NCBI GenBank assembly: GCA_965248925.1
Contig: CBDFLE010000006.1
Span: forward strand, 2,688,001-2,752,000
Reading direction: 5' to 3'
Origin: Candidatus Multivoradales bacterium
Lineage (GTDB): Bacteria > Acidobacteriota > Thermoanaerobaculia > Multivoradales > J023
DNA length: 64,000 nt
Part shown: piece by piece, positions 43,450 to 52,908 of the stretch
How positions within the stretch are numbered: position 1 is the stretch's first letter
How the letters are laid out: each line of letters starts with the position of its first letter
Position numbers and translations under genes: made by a program
The notes under the pieces: generated by a model
The model's database searches: none
Told to the model about the DNA's origin: nothing
The model's input: the letters and a program-made list of their open reading frames with translations, nothing else

Positions 43450-44316
43450 ATGCGTTGTGCAATCTTCGCTGTACTCGGAATCCTGGCGGCCTGTTTCAGT
43501 GGTTGTAGCGCCGAGGATTCCGCTTCGCGATCCACCATGGGGTCGGCCCATGGTACCGGCGAATGGGTAGCGAGTGGCCAGTCGCTGGCGGTGCTCGACA
43601 GCGTCGAGCTGGTCGATCTGACCTACGCCTATGACCAGAACACCCTCTACTGGCCGACCTCACCGACCGACTTCCAGCTCGATCAGTTGTCCTATGGCGA
43701 CACCGAGGGGGGCTATTTCTACGCCGCCAACGCCTTCTGCACCCCAGAGCACGGCGGCACCCACCTCGATGCACCGATCCACTTCGCTGCCGATCATCAG
43801 ACCGTCGAGCAAATCCCCCTTGGCCAGTTGATTGGACCCGCGGTGGTGATCGACGTCGCCGAACAGGCGGCCGCCGATGCTGACTACTTGTTGACGGTGG
43901 CGGACGTCCGGGCCTATGAGGCGCAGCACGGCCAAGTGCCGGTAGGTGCGATCGTCTTGCTGCGCACCGGTTGGGGGGCCAGGTGGCCCGATCGGCTGGC
44001 CTACTTCGGCGACGATGTGCCGGGCGAGGCTTCGAACCTGCACTTCCCGTCCTACGGCGAAGCCGCCGCCGAGTTGCTGGTACGGGGTCGTCGGATAGCG
44101 GTCCTGGGAGTCGACACGGCCAGCATCGACTACGGCCCCTCGACAGCTTTCTTGGTCCACCGTCTGGCCGCTGCCGCCGATGTGCCCGGCATTGAGAATG
44201 TCGCCAACCTGGAACGCCTACCGCCGAGCGGCGCCTGGATCATTGCTTTGCCGATGAAGATCGGCGGTGGCTCGGGCAGCCCGGTGCGCATCGTGGCGTT
44301 AGTGCCCCGCGGCTAG
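43450..44316 (+). CDS. Cyclase family (kynurenine formamidase-like) lipoprotein
   Basis: EHGGTHLDAPIHF, LLRTGW, GVDTASID, IENVANL, GGSGSPVR; FSGC lipobox from ATG 43450. Confidence 0.9.
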   Translation: MRCAIFAVLGILAACFSGCSAEDSASRSTMGSAHGTGEWVASGQSLAVLDSVELVDLTYAYDQNTLYWPTSPTDFQLDQLSYGDTEGGYFYAANAFCTPEHGGTHLDAPIHFAADHQTVEQIPLGQLIGPAVVIDVAEQAAADADYLLTVADVRAYEAQHGQVPVGAIVLLRTGWGARWPDRLAYFGDDVPGEASNLHFPSYGEAAAELLVRGRRIAVLGVDTASIDYGPSTAFLVHRLAAAADVPGIENVANLERLPPSGAWIIALPMKIGGGSGSPVRIVALVPRG

Positions 44317-44326
44317 CCGTCGGCTT

Positions 44327-46339
44327 TCAACCCGGCGGAGCGCAGCAGGGCTCGCCCGCTTTGTAGAGGTCCAGGTTCTGGCGCAGACGATCTACACCGA
44401 GCGGATCGGCTTGGTCGTTGGCGCTAGCTTCGTCGAAGATCTGTTGTTGCCACTTGACGGCAGCGGCGAACTGACCCGTCGCGGCATAGGCCATGGCCAC
44501 GGATTCAGCACTTTCGAAGGTGGGTACTTCTTTGTAGACCGCCAACGCCAGATCGAGCGCCCGTTCGCCATCGCGCTGCGCCAAATCGGGACAGGCCGCC
44601 AGATGGCGGGCGAGTACGTCCTTCAGCTGGATCTCCTGCGGTAGGGCCTGCAGGCCAGCTTCCAAGGTGGTGGTGGCGTCGGCGAAACGGTCAGAGAGAA
44701 TCATCGCCGTCGCTTGCGCCAGCCGCGGAGCGACCTCTTCGGGCTCGACTTCGATCCAGCGCTCGTAAAGATCGATCGCCGCCGACATCTGGCCGCCGGT
44801 CGCCAGCAGACGAGCCAGGCTGCTCAGGGCGGGCACGAAGCTGTCATCGGCCACAAGTGCCTGACGGTATTCCTCGGCTGCTTCCTGGTCACGGCCATCT
44901 TGGCGTAAGAGGTCAGCTGAGAAGTAATGCACTTCAGTGCGCTCACGCGGTTCGAGATCGAGTTCCAAAGCAGCACGGAAGCGCTCTAGCGCCGCGGTGG
45001 TTTGGCCATTGCGGGCCAGCGCCGCACCCAGGCGGAGGTAGGCTTCGGTACCTTCGGAATCGACTTCAAGCAAGCGCTCCAGGTCGCCGATGGCGGATTC
45101 GAACTCGCCCTGATCCATCTTGATCGCCGCTCGTTTGAGCAAAGCGGCGCTGTTTTCAGGATCGCGGGTCAAGACGGCGCTGTACTGGCGCCGCGCCTCG
45201 ACTAGGCGGCCGGCACGGGCGTGCGCGTTGCCCAGTTTGACCCGCGGGTCGATCATCGACGGGTCGAGCCCAATAGCTCCTTCGAAGGCGCGAATACCTT
45301 CGTCGTCGCGGCCCGCATTGATCAGCAGGCCACCGAGCACATAGGCCACTCGAGCCCGCTGCGGAGCGTTGTCGGTGGTGGCTTCGATGGCCTTCAGACC
45401 GGCTCGCAGCTGATCGATAATTCCGGGTGCCTGGCCGAGCTGAGAGAGCGCGAAACCGAGGAAATCGCGTTCTGAAAACTCCTTTTCTGAAGCCATTCCA
45501 AGAACTACTTCGAAGGCGGTGGTCTTGGTTAGACGGCTCACCCGACTGCCCAGCGGGTCGGCAAATCTGGGCTCCTGCTGGCCACGGGCGGCGAGGTGCT
45601 GGCGAGCCAGATCGTCGTCGCCCAATCGGCGGTAGGCTTGGGCCAACTGGTAGTGGGCGGCGGTGGCCTCGGGTTCGAGCTGTAGAGCCTTCTCGAAGCG
45701 GCCAACAGCACTTTTGTCGTCCCCCGCCAGCGCTGCCGCCCGACCCAACCCATAATGTGCCGCGGCGCTCCCGGAGTCGCCTTCGAGGACAGTACTGAAA
45801 CTGCCAGCGGCGTCAGCTGAACGATCGAGCTGGAGCAGCGCATTGCCACGGTGAATCAGGGTCGCGGCATTGCCTGGCTGCAGCCGCAAGGCGCGGTCGT
45901 AGTTCTCCACTGCATGTTCTAGCTCACCCTTGGCGTGAAGCACCAAGGCCAGATAGTAGGGCCAGCGAGGGTCGTCGGGCTGAAGCTGGGAGGAGTTTTG
46001 GTAGCAAGTGCCAGCGGCGTCTAGCAGTTTGAAGGCGTGGAACAATTGGCCGAGAAAGCCAAAACCCTCGGAAAGGTCCGCTGGCCGCACATCGGACCGT
46101 TTGCTGATCCCTTCGAGATTCGATTGCAGGGACTCGACCTTCTGCCGCGCCGAGCTGTCCATGGCGCTGAGGTCTGGACGCGGAATGGGTGCCAAGCTAG
46201 CGGGAATCCCCAGTGGCTCCTCGCTCTCGGCCGGAATCGCGCCCCAGGCTGCGGCCGGCATCAACTGAGCCATCGAGAGTGTCATCAAGAGTGCCAGAGT
46301 CGGCGCAGCATGTTTTAGAAAGGTCTTGCGGAAGGTCAT
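44327..46339 (-). CDS. Secreted TPR protein, partner of upstream CRTAC1
   Basis: ATGA overlap with the CRTAC1 stop; PRPDL N-terminal motif; TPRs; LARHLAACPD..RDG motif. Confidence 0.83.
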   Translation of the reverse strand: MTFRKTFLKHAAPTLALLMTLSMAQLMPAAAWGAIPAESEEPLGIPASLAPIPRPDLSAMDSSARQKVESLQSNLEGISKRSDVRPADLSEGFGFLGQLFHAFKLLDAAGTCYQNSSQLQPDDPRWPYYLALVLHAKGELEHAVENYDRALRLQPGNAATLIHRGNALLQLDRSADAAGSFSTVLEGDSGSAAAHYGLGRAAALAGDDKSAVGRFEKALQLEPEATAAHYQLAQAYRRLGDDDLARQHLAARGQQEPRFADPLGSRVSRLTKTTAFEVVLGMASEKEFSERDFLGFALSQLGQAPGIIDQLRAGLKAIEATTDNAPQRARVAYVLGGLLINAGRDDEGIRAFEGAIGLDPSMIDPRVKLGNAHARAGRLVEARRQYSAVLTRDPENSAALLKRAAIKMDQGEFESAIGDLERLLEVDSEGTEAYLRLGAALARNGQTTAALERFRAALELDLEPRERTEVHYFSADLLRQDGRDQEAAEEYRQALVADDSFVPALSSLARLLATGGQMSAAIDLYERWIEVEPEEVAPRLAQATAMILSDRFADATTTLEAGLQALPQEIQLKDVLARHLAACPDLAQRDGERALDLALAVYKEVPTFESAESVAMAYAATGQFAAAVKWQQQIFDEASANDQADPLGVDRLRQNLDLYKAGEPCCAPPG

Positions 46340-48135
46340 GGAATGCTCCTGCCCGAGCCCTCGACGAGGGCGGTATAACGATCGATTGGAAGGCCCTGCC
46401 ACTGCTCGACTTGGCCACTGAGCCAATGCACCCGAACGGCGTCGACCCGCTTGTCTTGGCCGAGCCCGATCAGGACCCGCGGATCATTGGCCGCGGCGAA
46501 GCTACCATCGGCACGCACTCGTCGCCACATTGGTTGCTGCTCTGGGCGGAGGATCTCTACCCGCGCCCCCAAGGCGTCGCGACCGCCGCGGGTCAGCAAT
46601 CGTAGACCGAGCCAATGGTTGTCTTGACCGATCGCGTTGAGCAGCACTCGCGCCGGCCCGTTGTTGTTGACCAGCAGGGCATCGGTGTCGCCGTCGTTGT
46701 CAAGATCGCCGAAGGCCAAGGCGCGACTCACCTCTGAGCGCTCGAATGCGGGGCCAGCAGTAGCTGTCAGATCGGTGAAACGCCCATCACCCTGGTTGCC
46801 AAAGAGTTGGTTGCGCTGATGGAAGGGGTAAGGGTCGCCGGCCGCCGCCAGTCTCTCGATCACCCGCACGGCACCGTTGGCGACCAGCAGGTCGAGCCAG
46901 CCGTCGTTGTCGTAGTCGAAGAAAGCGGTACCCCAACTAGTGTAGGGCAGGCTTGGTGGCCCTAGCCCGCTGCGGATGGTGCCGTCGAGGAAGTTACCCT
47001 GGCCATCGTTGAGGTAGAGGGTGTTGGTCTCGTGGACCAAGTGGGTCATGAACAGATCGTCGTCACCGTCGCCGTCGAAATCACTAGCGTCCACTCCCAT
47101 CGAAGCCTCGGGTCGGCCTTTGAGGTTGACCGCGCTGCCGGCGAACAGGGCCTCGTCGACGAAGCGACCGCCCTCTCGTTGCAGCCACATCTGGTTGGCG
47201 ACCCCGTCGTTGGCGACGTAGAGGTCGAGCCGACCATCGCCATCGAAGTCCGCCACCACCACGCCAAGGGCTTTGGAGCGCACTTTGTGCAGGCCGGCGA
47301 CCAGGGTGATGTCGGCGAAAGTGCCGTCTCCTTGGTTGCGCAGCAGGCGATCACCGACTCCCTTGTAGGCATTGGGGCCACAGTAGTCGCGGGTGCCATT
47401 GGCGGTGCGGCAGGTCTTGGGTTTGCCGATCTCGCCATCAACAAAATTGCTGACGAAGAGATCGAGCCAGCCGTCGCCGTCGAAATCGGCGAACACCGCC
47501 GAGATGCTCCAGCGATCGTCGTCAGTGCCGCTGATCTTGGTGCGGTCTTCGAAGGTGCCGTCGCCGTTGTTGTGCAATAGCAGGTTCGAGCCCAGGTGAG
47601 TGACGTAGAGATCGACGAAGCCGTCGTTGTCGTAGTCGCCGGTGGCGGCGGCGAAGCCGTAGCCGGTGGCATGGATGCCGCTGGCGGCGGTGACCTCGGT
47701 GAAGTGCAAGTGGCGCTGCCCGTCGGCGGTGATTCGTAGATCGTTGCGATACAAGCGGTCGTGGGGCAGTTCGGCGGGCGGTAGCCGCGCTTCAGCGCGG
47801 GTCTTGCCTGGCGGTAGCAGGGCGCCTTGCACCAGGTAGACGTCCAGGTCGCCGTCGTTGTCATAGTCGAACAAGGTGCCGCCGCCGGAGTTAATTTCCG
47901 CCATATGCCAGCCGCCGGACATGCCGTTGAAGTGTGAGAATTCGATGCCGGAGTTGGCCAGTTCGACAAACGGTGCCGGAGTCGGCGGGCTGGTGGTGGC
48001 CGCCGCTGCCACGGTTATTTCGCTGGGGGTTGTCTCGCCAGCGGCTTGGCTTGTGGGATTGGCGGCCAGGGCCGCAAGGGTGGGTGGCAGGCCGGCGAGG
48101 AGCACCGTCAGAGCTGGACGAAGAAGAATCTTCAT
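46336..48135 (-). CDS. CRTAC1-family protein (FG-GAP + ASPIC/UnbV)
   Basis: Signal peptide; HFNGMSG; DYDNDGDLDVY repeats; DPRVLIGLG. Confidence 0.9.
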   Translation of the reverse strand: MKILLRPALTVLLAGLPPTLAALAANPTSQAAGETTPSEITVAAAATTSPPTPAPFVELANSGIEFSHFNGMSGGWHMAEINSGGGTLFDYDNDGDLDVYLVQGALLPPGKTRAEARLPPAELPHDRLYRNDLRITADGQRHLHFTEVTAASGIHATGYGFAAATGDYDNDGFVDLYVTHLGSNLLLHNNGDGTFEDRTKISGTDDDRWSISAVFADFDGDGWLDLFVSNFVDGEIGKPKTCRTANGTRDYCGPNAYKGVGDRLLRNQGDGTFADITLVAGLHKVRSKALGVVVADFDGDGRLDLYVANDGVANQMWLQREGGRFVDEALFAGSAVNLKGRPEASMGVDASDFDGDGDDDLFMTHLVHETNTLYLNDGQGNFLDGTIRSGLGPPSLPYTSWGTAFFDYDNDGWLDLLVANGAVRVIERLAAAGDPYPFHQRNQLFGNQGDGRFTDLTATAGPAFERSEVSRALAFGDLDNDGDTDALLVNNNGPARVLLNAIGQDNHWLGLRLLTRGGRDALGARVEILRPEQQPMWRRVRADGSFAAANDPRVLIGLGQDKRVDAVRVHWLSGQVEQWQGLPIDRYTALVEGSGRSIP

Positions 48136-48154
48136 TTCGCGTATGAGCCGCTAG

Positions 48155-48210
48155 GCGGTGGTCATCTAGCGGTGCTCGTTCAACGGTGGTCGTTTAACGG
48201 TGGTCGTCCA
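48155..48210. repeat. Four 14-bp tandem repeats in a divergent promoter region
   Basis: gcggtggtcatcta/gcggtgctcgttca/acggtggtcgttta/acggtggtcgtcca. Confidence 0.82.
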
Positions 48211-48389
48211 ACAGAGTCTGGTAAGTGAGGGGTACTGAAGCTCGCCCGGCTGACAGGGGGGATGATGGTAACACGCAGAGCGGGCCAGCCATCTTGATCA
48301 AATGACTCCGATCTGGCTAGACTGGTGCCATCCCACCGGAACGCTCGCGCGCAAGAGACCGAACAACAGCACCTACTTGGGAGAACCTT

Positions 48390-50327
48390 GTGATCTCGAT
48401 ACCAGCCTTTGGCCACCGTTCGCTCAGTCGTACCACCTGCTTCCTCGGTGCTTTTTGCTTGCTGCTGGGCAGTACCTCCTGGGGACAAGATACCCGACCC
48501 ATCAAACGTTTCAGCGTGCCGCAGGACATCGGTGAAGACGCCCTCCCGGAGCGCTCCGCCGAGCAGCTCAAGGCAGTCAAAGGGCTTGAGGCCAACGCCT
48601 TCTTCCGCTTCGAGGATCAGCGAGCGGCGAGCGGCATCACTTTCTTGCACCGCATCGTTGACGACGCTGGCCGTGACTACAAGATGGTGCACTACGACCA
48701 TGGCAACGGCGTGGTGGTGGCGGATGTCGACGGCGATGGCCTGCTCGATGTCTACCTGCTCACCCAAGTGGGTTCGAATCAGCTGTGGCGCAACCAGGGT
48801 GGAGGCAAGTTCGCCGACATCACCGCGGCTGCCGGGCTGGCGGTGGCAGAGCGGATCAGCGTCGCGGGTTCGTTCGCCGATATCGACAATGATGGCGATG
48901 CGGATCTGTATGTCACCACGGTCAAGATGGGCAACTTGTTGTTCGAGAACGACGGCAAGGGCCATTTCAAGGACATCACCGTGAGCAGCGGCCTGAGCTA
49001 TACCGGCCACTCCTCGGGCGCCGTGTTCTTCGACTACGACAACGATGGTCGGCTCGACCTATTCCTCTCCAACGTCGGTATTTACACTACTCGCGAGCGC
49101 GGTCGCGAGGGCTACTACATCGGTGTCCAGAACGCCTTTTCTGGCCATCTCTATCCGAAGAGCACAGAGCGCAGCATCCTCTATCACAACCTTGGCAACA
49201 ACCGCTTCGAGGACGTTTCCGAGGCCACCGGCTTGCTAGACACCAGCTGGAGCGGTGATTCGAGCCCGGTGGACGTCAACCAGGATGGCTGGACTGACCT
49301 CTACGTACTCAACATGCAGGGCGACGATCAGCTGTGGATCAACCAGGGCGGCAAGAAGTTTGTCGAGCAGACCGCGACCTACTTCCCCAAGACCCCTTGG
49401 GGCACCATGGGGGTCAAGTTCTTCGACTATGACAATAACGGCTTGCAGGATTTGATCCTCACCGACATGCACTCCGACATGAGCGAGAAAGTCGGCGTCG
49501 AACGAGAGAAGCTCAAGTCGCGCATGCAGTGGGGTGAGACCCAGCTGCAAGGGGGTGCCAACAACATCTTTGGCAACGCCTTCTACCGCAACCTCGGAAA
49601 GGGTAAATTCGAAGAGATTTCGGATCAGGTCGGGGTCGAGAACTACTGGCCCTGGGGCCTCTCCACAGGCGACTTCAACGCCGATGGCTGGGAGGATGTC
49701 TTCATCACCTCGAGCATGAACTACCCCTTCCGCTATGGGGTCAACACCCTACTGCTGAACAACCTGGGCAGAGGCTTTGTCGATGCCGAATTCATCCTCG
49801 GCGCCGAGCCCCGTCAGGGCTCCCTGACCAAGGATTGGTTCGATCTCGACTGCGCCAAAGAGGATAAGAAACACACCTACTGCGAAAACGAGAAGGGTCG
49901 CCTGACCGTTGTCGGCACTCTTGGCAGTCGCTCATCGGTGATCTTCGATATCGACGGTGACGGTGATCTCGACATCCTGACCAACGACTTCAATTCCGAG
50001 CCCTTGGTGCTGATCAGCGACTTTGCCGAGCAGAACAGCCCGCGCTGGCTAGAGGTCGAACTCACCGGTAGCCGTTCAAACCGCGATGGGCTCGGCGCCA
50101 CAGTGCGGGTGGTCGCTGGCGAGCACTCCTGGACCAAGGTGAACGACGGCCAATCGGGCTATCTGTCACAGAGTTCGATGGCGCTCTACTTTGGTCTCGG
50201 CGAGGCCAAGAAGATCGACCGCGTCGAGGTCCGTTGGCCCTCGGGAGCTGAGCAGGTGGTGAATGAGGGCCTGGTGATTAATCGCCGGCTCGAGATCTCC
50301 GAGCCGGCGCTGGCCAACGACGATTAG
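48390..50327 (+). CDS. CRTAC1-family protein, divergent subtype
   Basis: Signal peptide; DVDGDGLLDVY, DIDNDGDADL repeats; SNRDGLGA..SGYLSQS..FGLG..WPSG ASPIC/UnbV motif. Confidence 0.9.
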   Translation: MISIPAFGHRSLSRTTCFLGAFCLLLGSTSWGQDTRPIKRFSVPQDIGEDALPERSAEQLKAVKGLEANAFFRFEDQRAASGITFLHRIVDDAGRDYKMVHYDHGNGVVVADVDGDGLLDVYLLTQVGSNQLWRNQGGGKFADITAAAGLAVAERISVAGSFADIDNDGDADLYVTTVKMGNLLFENDGKGHFKDITVSSGLSYTGHSSGAVFFDYDNDGRLDLFLSNVGIYTTRERGREGYYIGVQNAFSGHLYPKSTERSILYHNLGNNRFEDVSEATGLLDTSWSGDSSPVDVNQDGWTDLYVLNMQGDDQLWINQGGKKFVEQTATYFPKTPWGTMGVKFFDYDNNGLQDLILTDMHSDMSEKVGVEREKLKSRMQWGETQLQGGANNIFGNAFYRNLGKGKFEEISDQVGVENYWPWGLSTGDFNADGWEDVFITSSMNYPFRYGVNTLLLNNLGRGFVDAEFILGAEPRQGSLTKDWFDLDCAKEDKKHTYCENEKGRLTVVGTLGSRSSVIFDIDGDGDLDILTNDFNSEPLVLISDFAEQNSPRWLEVELTGSRSNRDGLGATVRVVAGEHSWTKVNDGQSGYLSQSSMALYFGLGEAKKIDRVEVRWPSGAEQVVNEGLVINRRLEISEPALANDD

Positions 50328-50370
50328 GGTAGCGAAGTGCCGATGGGGGGGCCGTTGTAGCGGTCTTTCG

Positions 50371-52077
50371 TCACTTTCTGGCACCGCACAATCTTGGGCT
50401 CAGGCGCAGGCCGGCGCCGAGCAGCAAGATCACCAGCAGCGCCAAACCTAGCGTCCCCACCGTAGGGATGGGCTCGGCTTCGGCGGCCAGACAGGCAGAG
50501 ATCTCGGAGGTTTCGCCGTTCGCCAGGTTGGTGGCGGTGGTGGTGATGACCAATCCGGCGCCAAACGGCAAGGCCAGGTTGGTGGCGATGTCAGCGTTGC
50601 CGGTGGCGCCGGTGGTGACGGTCAGGGCACCGAGGAATAGCTCTGCTTCACCGAACGGCTCGCTGTCGCTGGACTGACCCGCAGTGTCACCATTGCACAC
50701 CGTGTTGGCAAAAATCTCAATGCGGAAATCGGTGACGGCTGTGCTGTCGAGGGTGGCCGTCACTGTCACTTCACCGCTGTCGAGGGTGGCCGAGGTTAGC
50801 TCGGGGAAGTTTTGCAGGCCGTTGGCACCCGCATCGGTATCGCCTGCGTCGTTGGCGGTGGGTCCTCCTGGCGCTAGGTCGATGCCAAGAGACTCGTTTG
50901 AGTGAATGGCGTTGCCCAACAAGCTGTTGCCGGCGCCGGTGCCCACTGCGACACCAAGGAAATTGAACGCTACCAGGTTGGCGCCAGCCGGATCGAGCCC
51001 GCCGACGACGTTGCTCGACGCTTGGATGAAAATGCCGAGACCGTTGCCCAGCGGATCGTTGCCGGATGCGTCGGTGCCGATCAGATTGCCTTCAACGCGG
51101 TTGTTGTCTGAGCTCGGATCGCGAATTCGCACGCCGGTGCCATTGCCAGAGATCAGATTGCCAGCGCCCGGCGCGCTGCCGCCGATCAAAGTGCTGTTCG
51201 AACCGCCTTGGATCAGCACGCCCTCGATGTTGGGGATGCCGAAACTGCCAGACAGATCGGTGCCGATGTAGTTTCCCTCGACCCGGTTGCCAGAGGCGCC
51301 AATGTTGAAGTTGACCCCCAACCCCTGGTTGCCAGAGATCAAGTTTCGAGCCGCGGCGTTGGTGCCACCTACCAGGTTGTCGCTGGCGTTGCGCTGAATG
51401 GTGATGCCATGGCGGTTGGCCAGCGCCACGGTGCCAGTGAGGTCGGTGCCGATGCGGTTGCCTTCGATCCGGTTGCCATTGCCAGGCTCGATGCGAATGC
51501 CTGAGCTGGGGTTACCGGAGATCAAGTTGCCGGCCCCTGGCGCGGTGCCGCCGATGACGTTACCGTCGCCTTGCACGTTGATCCCCACCGCGCCGTTGCC
51601 CACCGCGATCGTGCCACTGACGTCGGTGCCGATGAAGTTGCACTCGATCTGGCTGGATCCTCCAAACACCCCTAGCGCCGAGCTGGGAAAGCCGTGCAGC
51701 ACCAAACCCCGGACTGTTGCCGGGACTTGCAAAACAAGACCCACCGGCCCCGCGGAGCTGCCGTCGATCTCGACGATCGGCCGCCAGGCAACACAATCAG
51801 CGCCGGGTTGAGTCTCGCCATCGACGGTCACTGGGTCGGTCACCGCGGGTAAATCGGTGAGCGGCACGATCACGGTGTCGCCGGCCGGCAAATTGAAGGC
51901 GATGGTGTCTGTACCGGCGACCGCATTGGCCGCCAGGATCGCTTCGCGAAAACTACAGTGAATGGCGTCGCAAGTGCCATCGTCAACATCGTCGGAGACG
52001 TTGACCAAGAAAGTGGTCTGGGCCCCAGCCGCAGCGGCAGCCCAGCCAAGTGCTAGACAGAAAAAGACGTTACGCAT
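50371..52077 (-). CDS. CSLREA-domain, parallel beta-helix surface protein with IPTL-CTERM-like sorting signal
   Basis: DGTCDAIHCSFREAI; repeated GNxIGTD/NLISGN; QNFP; C-terminal PIPTVGTLGLALLVILLLGAGLR. Confidence 0.85.
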   Translation of the reverse strand: MRNVFFCLALGWAAAAAGAQTTFLVNVSDDVDDGTCDAIHCSFREAILAANAVAGTDTIAFNLPAGDTVIVPLTDLPAVTDPVTVDGETQPGADCVAWRPIVEIDGSSAGPVGLVLQVPATVRGLVLHGFPSSALGVFGGSSQIECNFIGTDVSGTIAVGNGAVGINVQGDGNVIGGTAPGAGNLISGNPSSGIRIEPGNGNRIEGNRIGTDLTGTVALANRHGITIQRNASDNLVGGTNAAARNLISGNQGLGVNFNIGASGNRVEGNYIGTDLSGSFGIPNIEGVLIQGGSNSTLIGGSAPGAGNLISGNGTGVRIRDPSSDNNRVEGNLIGTDASGNDPLGNGLGIFIQASSNVVGGLDPAGANLVAFNFLGVAVGTGAGNSLLGNAIHSNESLGIDLAPGGPTANDAGDTDAGANGLQNFPELTSATLDSGEVTVTATLDSTAVTDFRIEIFANTVCNGDTAGQSSDSEPFGEAELFLGALTVTTGATGNADIATNLALPFGAGLVITTTATNLANGETSEISACLAAEAEPIPTVGTLGLALLVILLLGAGLRLSPRLCGARK

Positions 52078-52295
52078 CGATCCCTCCGGGTTGTCGTTAC
52101 TTTGGAGAAAAGCGGGTCGAGCTCTGAGCCTAGATACGCGGGGCCAGGACTGGGGTTTTAGGAAAGTCTCAAGATCCCGATAGAGCGTCTGGTAACGGCC
52201 GGATCCGCGTCACTCCGCGAGCGAGTGCTACAGTTGGCTAGCTGTTCTCTGTGCGGACCAAGCCGCCTGGCAGAGGAGTGTCCGAGGACTGATCG

Positions 52296-52859
52296 ATGGG
52301 AACCCCAGCTAATATCCGCTCGGCGGTGATGGATCCACTGCTGACCTACAAATTTGTCGTCAGCTGGGAGATCGATGGCCGGCTAACTCCGGTTGCGGGG
52401 ATCAGCAAGATCGGCCCCCTGTCGCGCACCACCCAGGTCGCTGAATATGGCAATGCACCCGGACCGGTGATTCCTGGGCAGACGAGCTTCGACGAGATCA
52501 ACCTCGAGCGCGGCATCATCCTCGATGTTGCCTTCGAGCGCTGGGCCAACAAGGTCTGGTACTACGAGCACTGCGCTAGCTTGGGCGAGCAGAACTCGCT
52601 GGCGGATTTCCGCAAGACTCTGACCCTCGACCACTGCAACCAAGCCGGTCAGGTGGTGCTTCGATTCTATGTCTTCAACTGCTGGCCATCGAAATTCATC
52701 GCCGCGGCGGACCTCGACGCTACAGCCGGCAGCAGCGTGCTACTCGAATCGCTGACTCTTCAAAATGAAGGCTGGCAGCGTGACGACAGCTTTTCACCAG
52801 CACCGTATCCCGGCTTTGCCGCGCCCTCCTCACCGAGTGGTGGACTCGTGCCGAGCTGA
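52296..52859 (+). CDS. Phage tail tube protein (T4 gp19-like / eCIS Afp1-5 family)
   Basis: DP...KF.V.W...AGISK..L.RTT, I.LERG...FERWANKVW, SLADFRK, NQAGQ, CWPS, DLDA, LQNEGWQRD. Confidence 0.82.
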   Translation: MGTPANIRSAVMDPLLTYKFVVSWEIDGRLTPVAGISKIGPLSRTTQVAEYGNAPGPVIPGQTSFDEINLERGIILDVAFERWANKVWYYEHCASLGEQNSLADFRKTLTLDHCNQAGQVVLRFYVFNCWPSKFIAAADLDATAGSSVLLESLTLQNEGWQRDDSFSPAPYPGFAAPSSPSGGLVPS

Positions 52860-52908
52860 AGACTCTTTGCCGCCGAAGATGTTCGCCGCAAGTCTTGTGG
52901 CGGGTGGC

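Noticed and set aside
52296-52859. Prophage call around the tail tube gene
   Set aside because: No other phage genes, integrase or att repeats nearby
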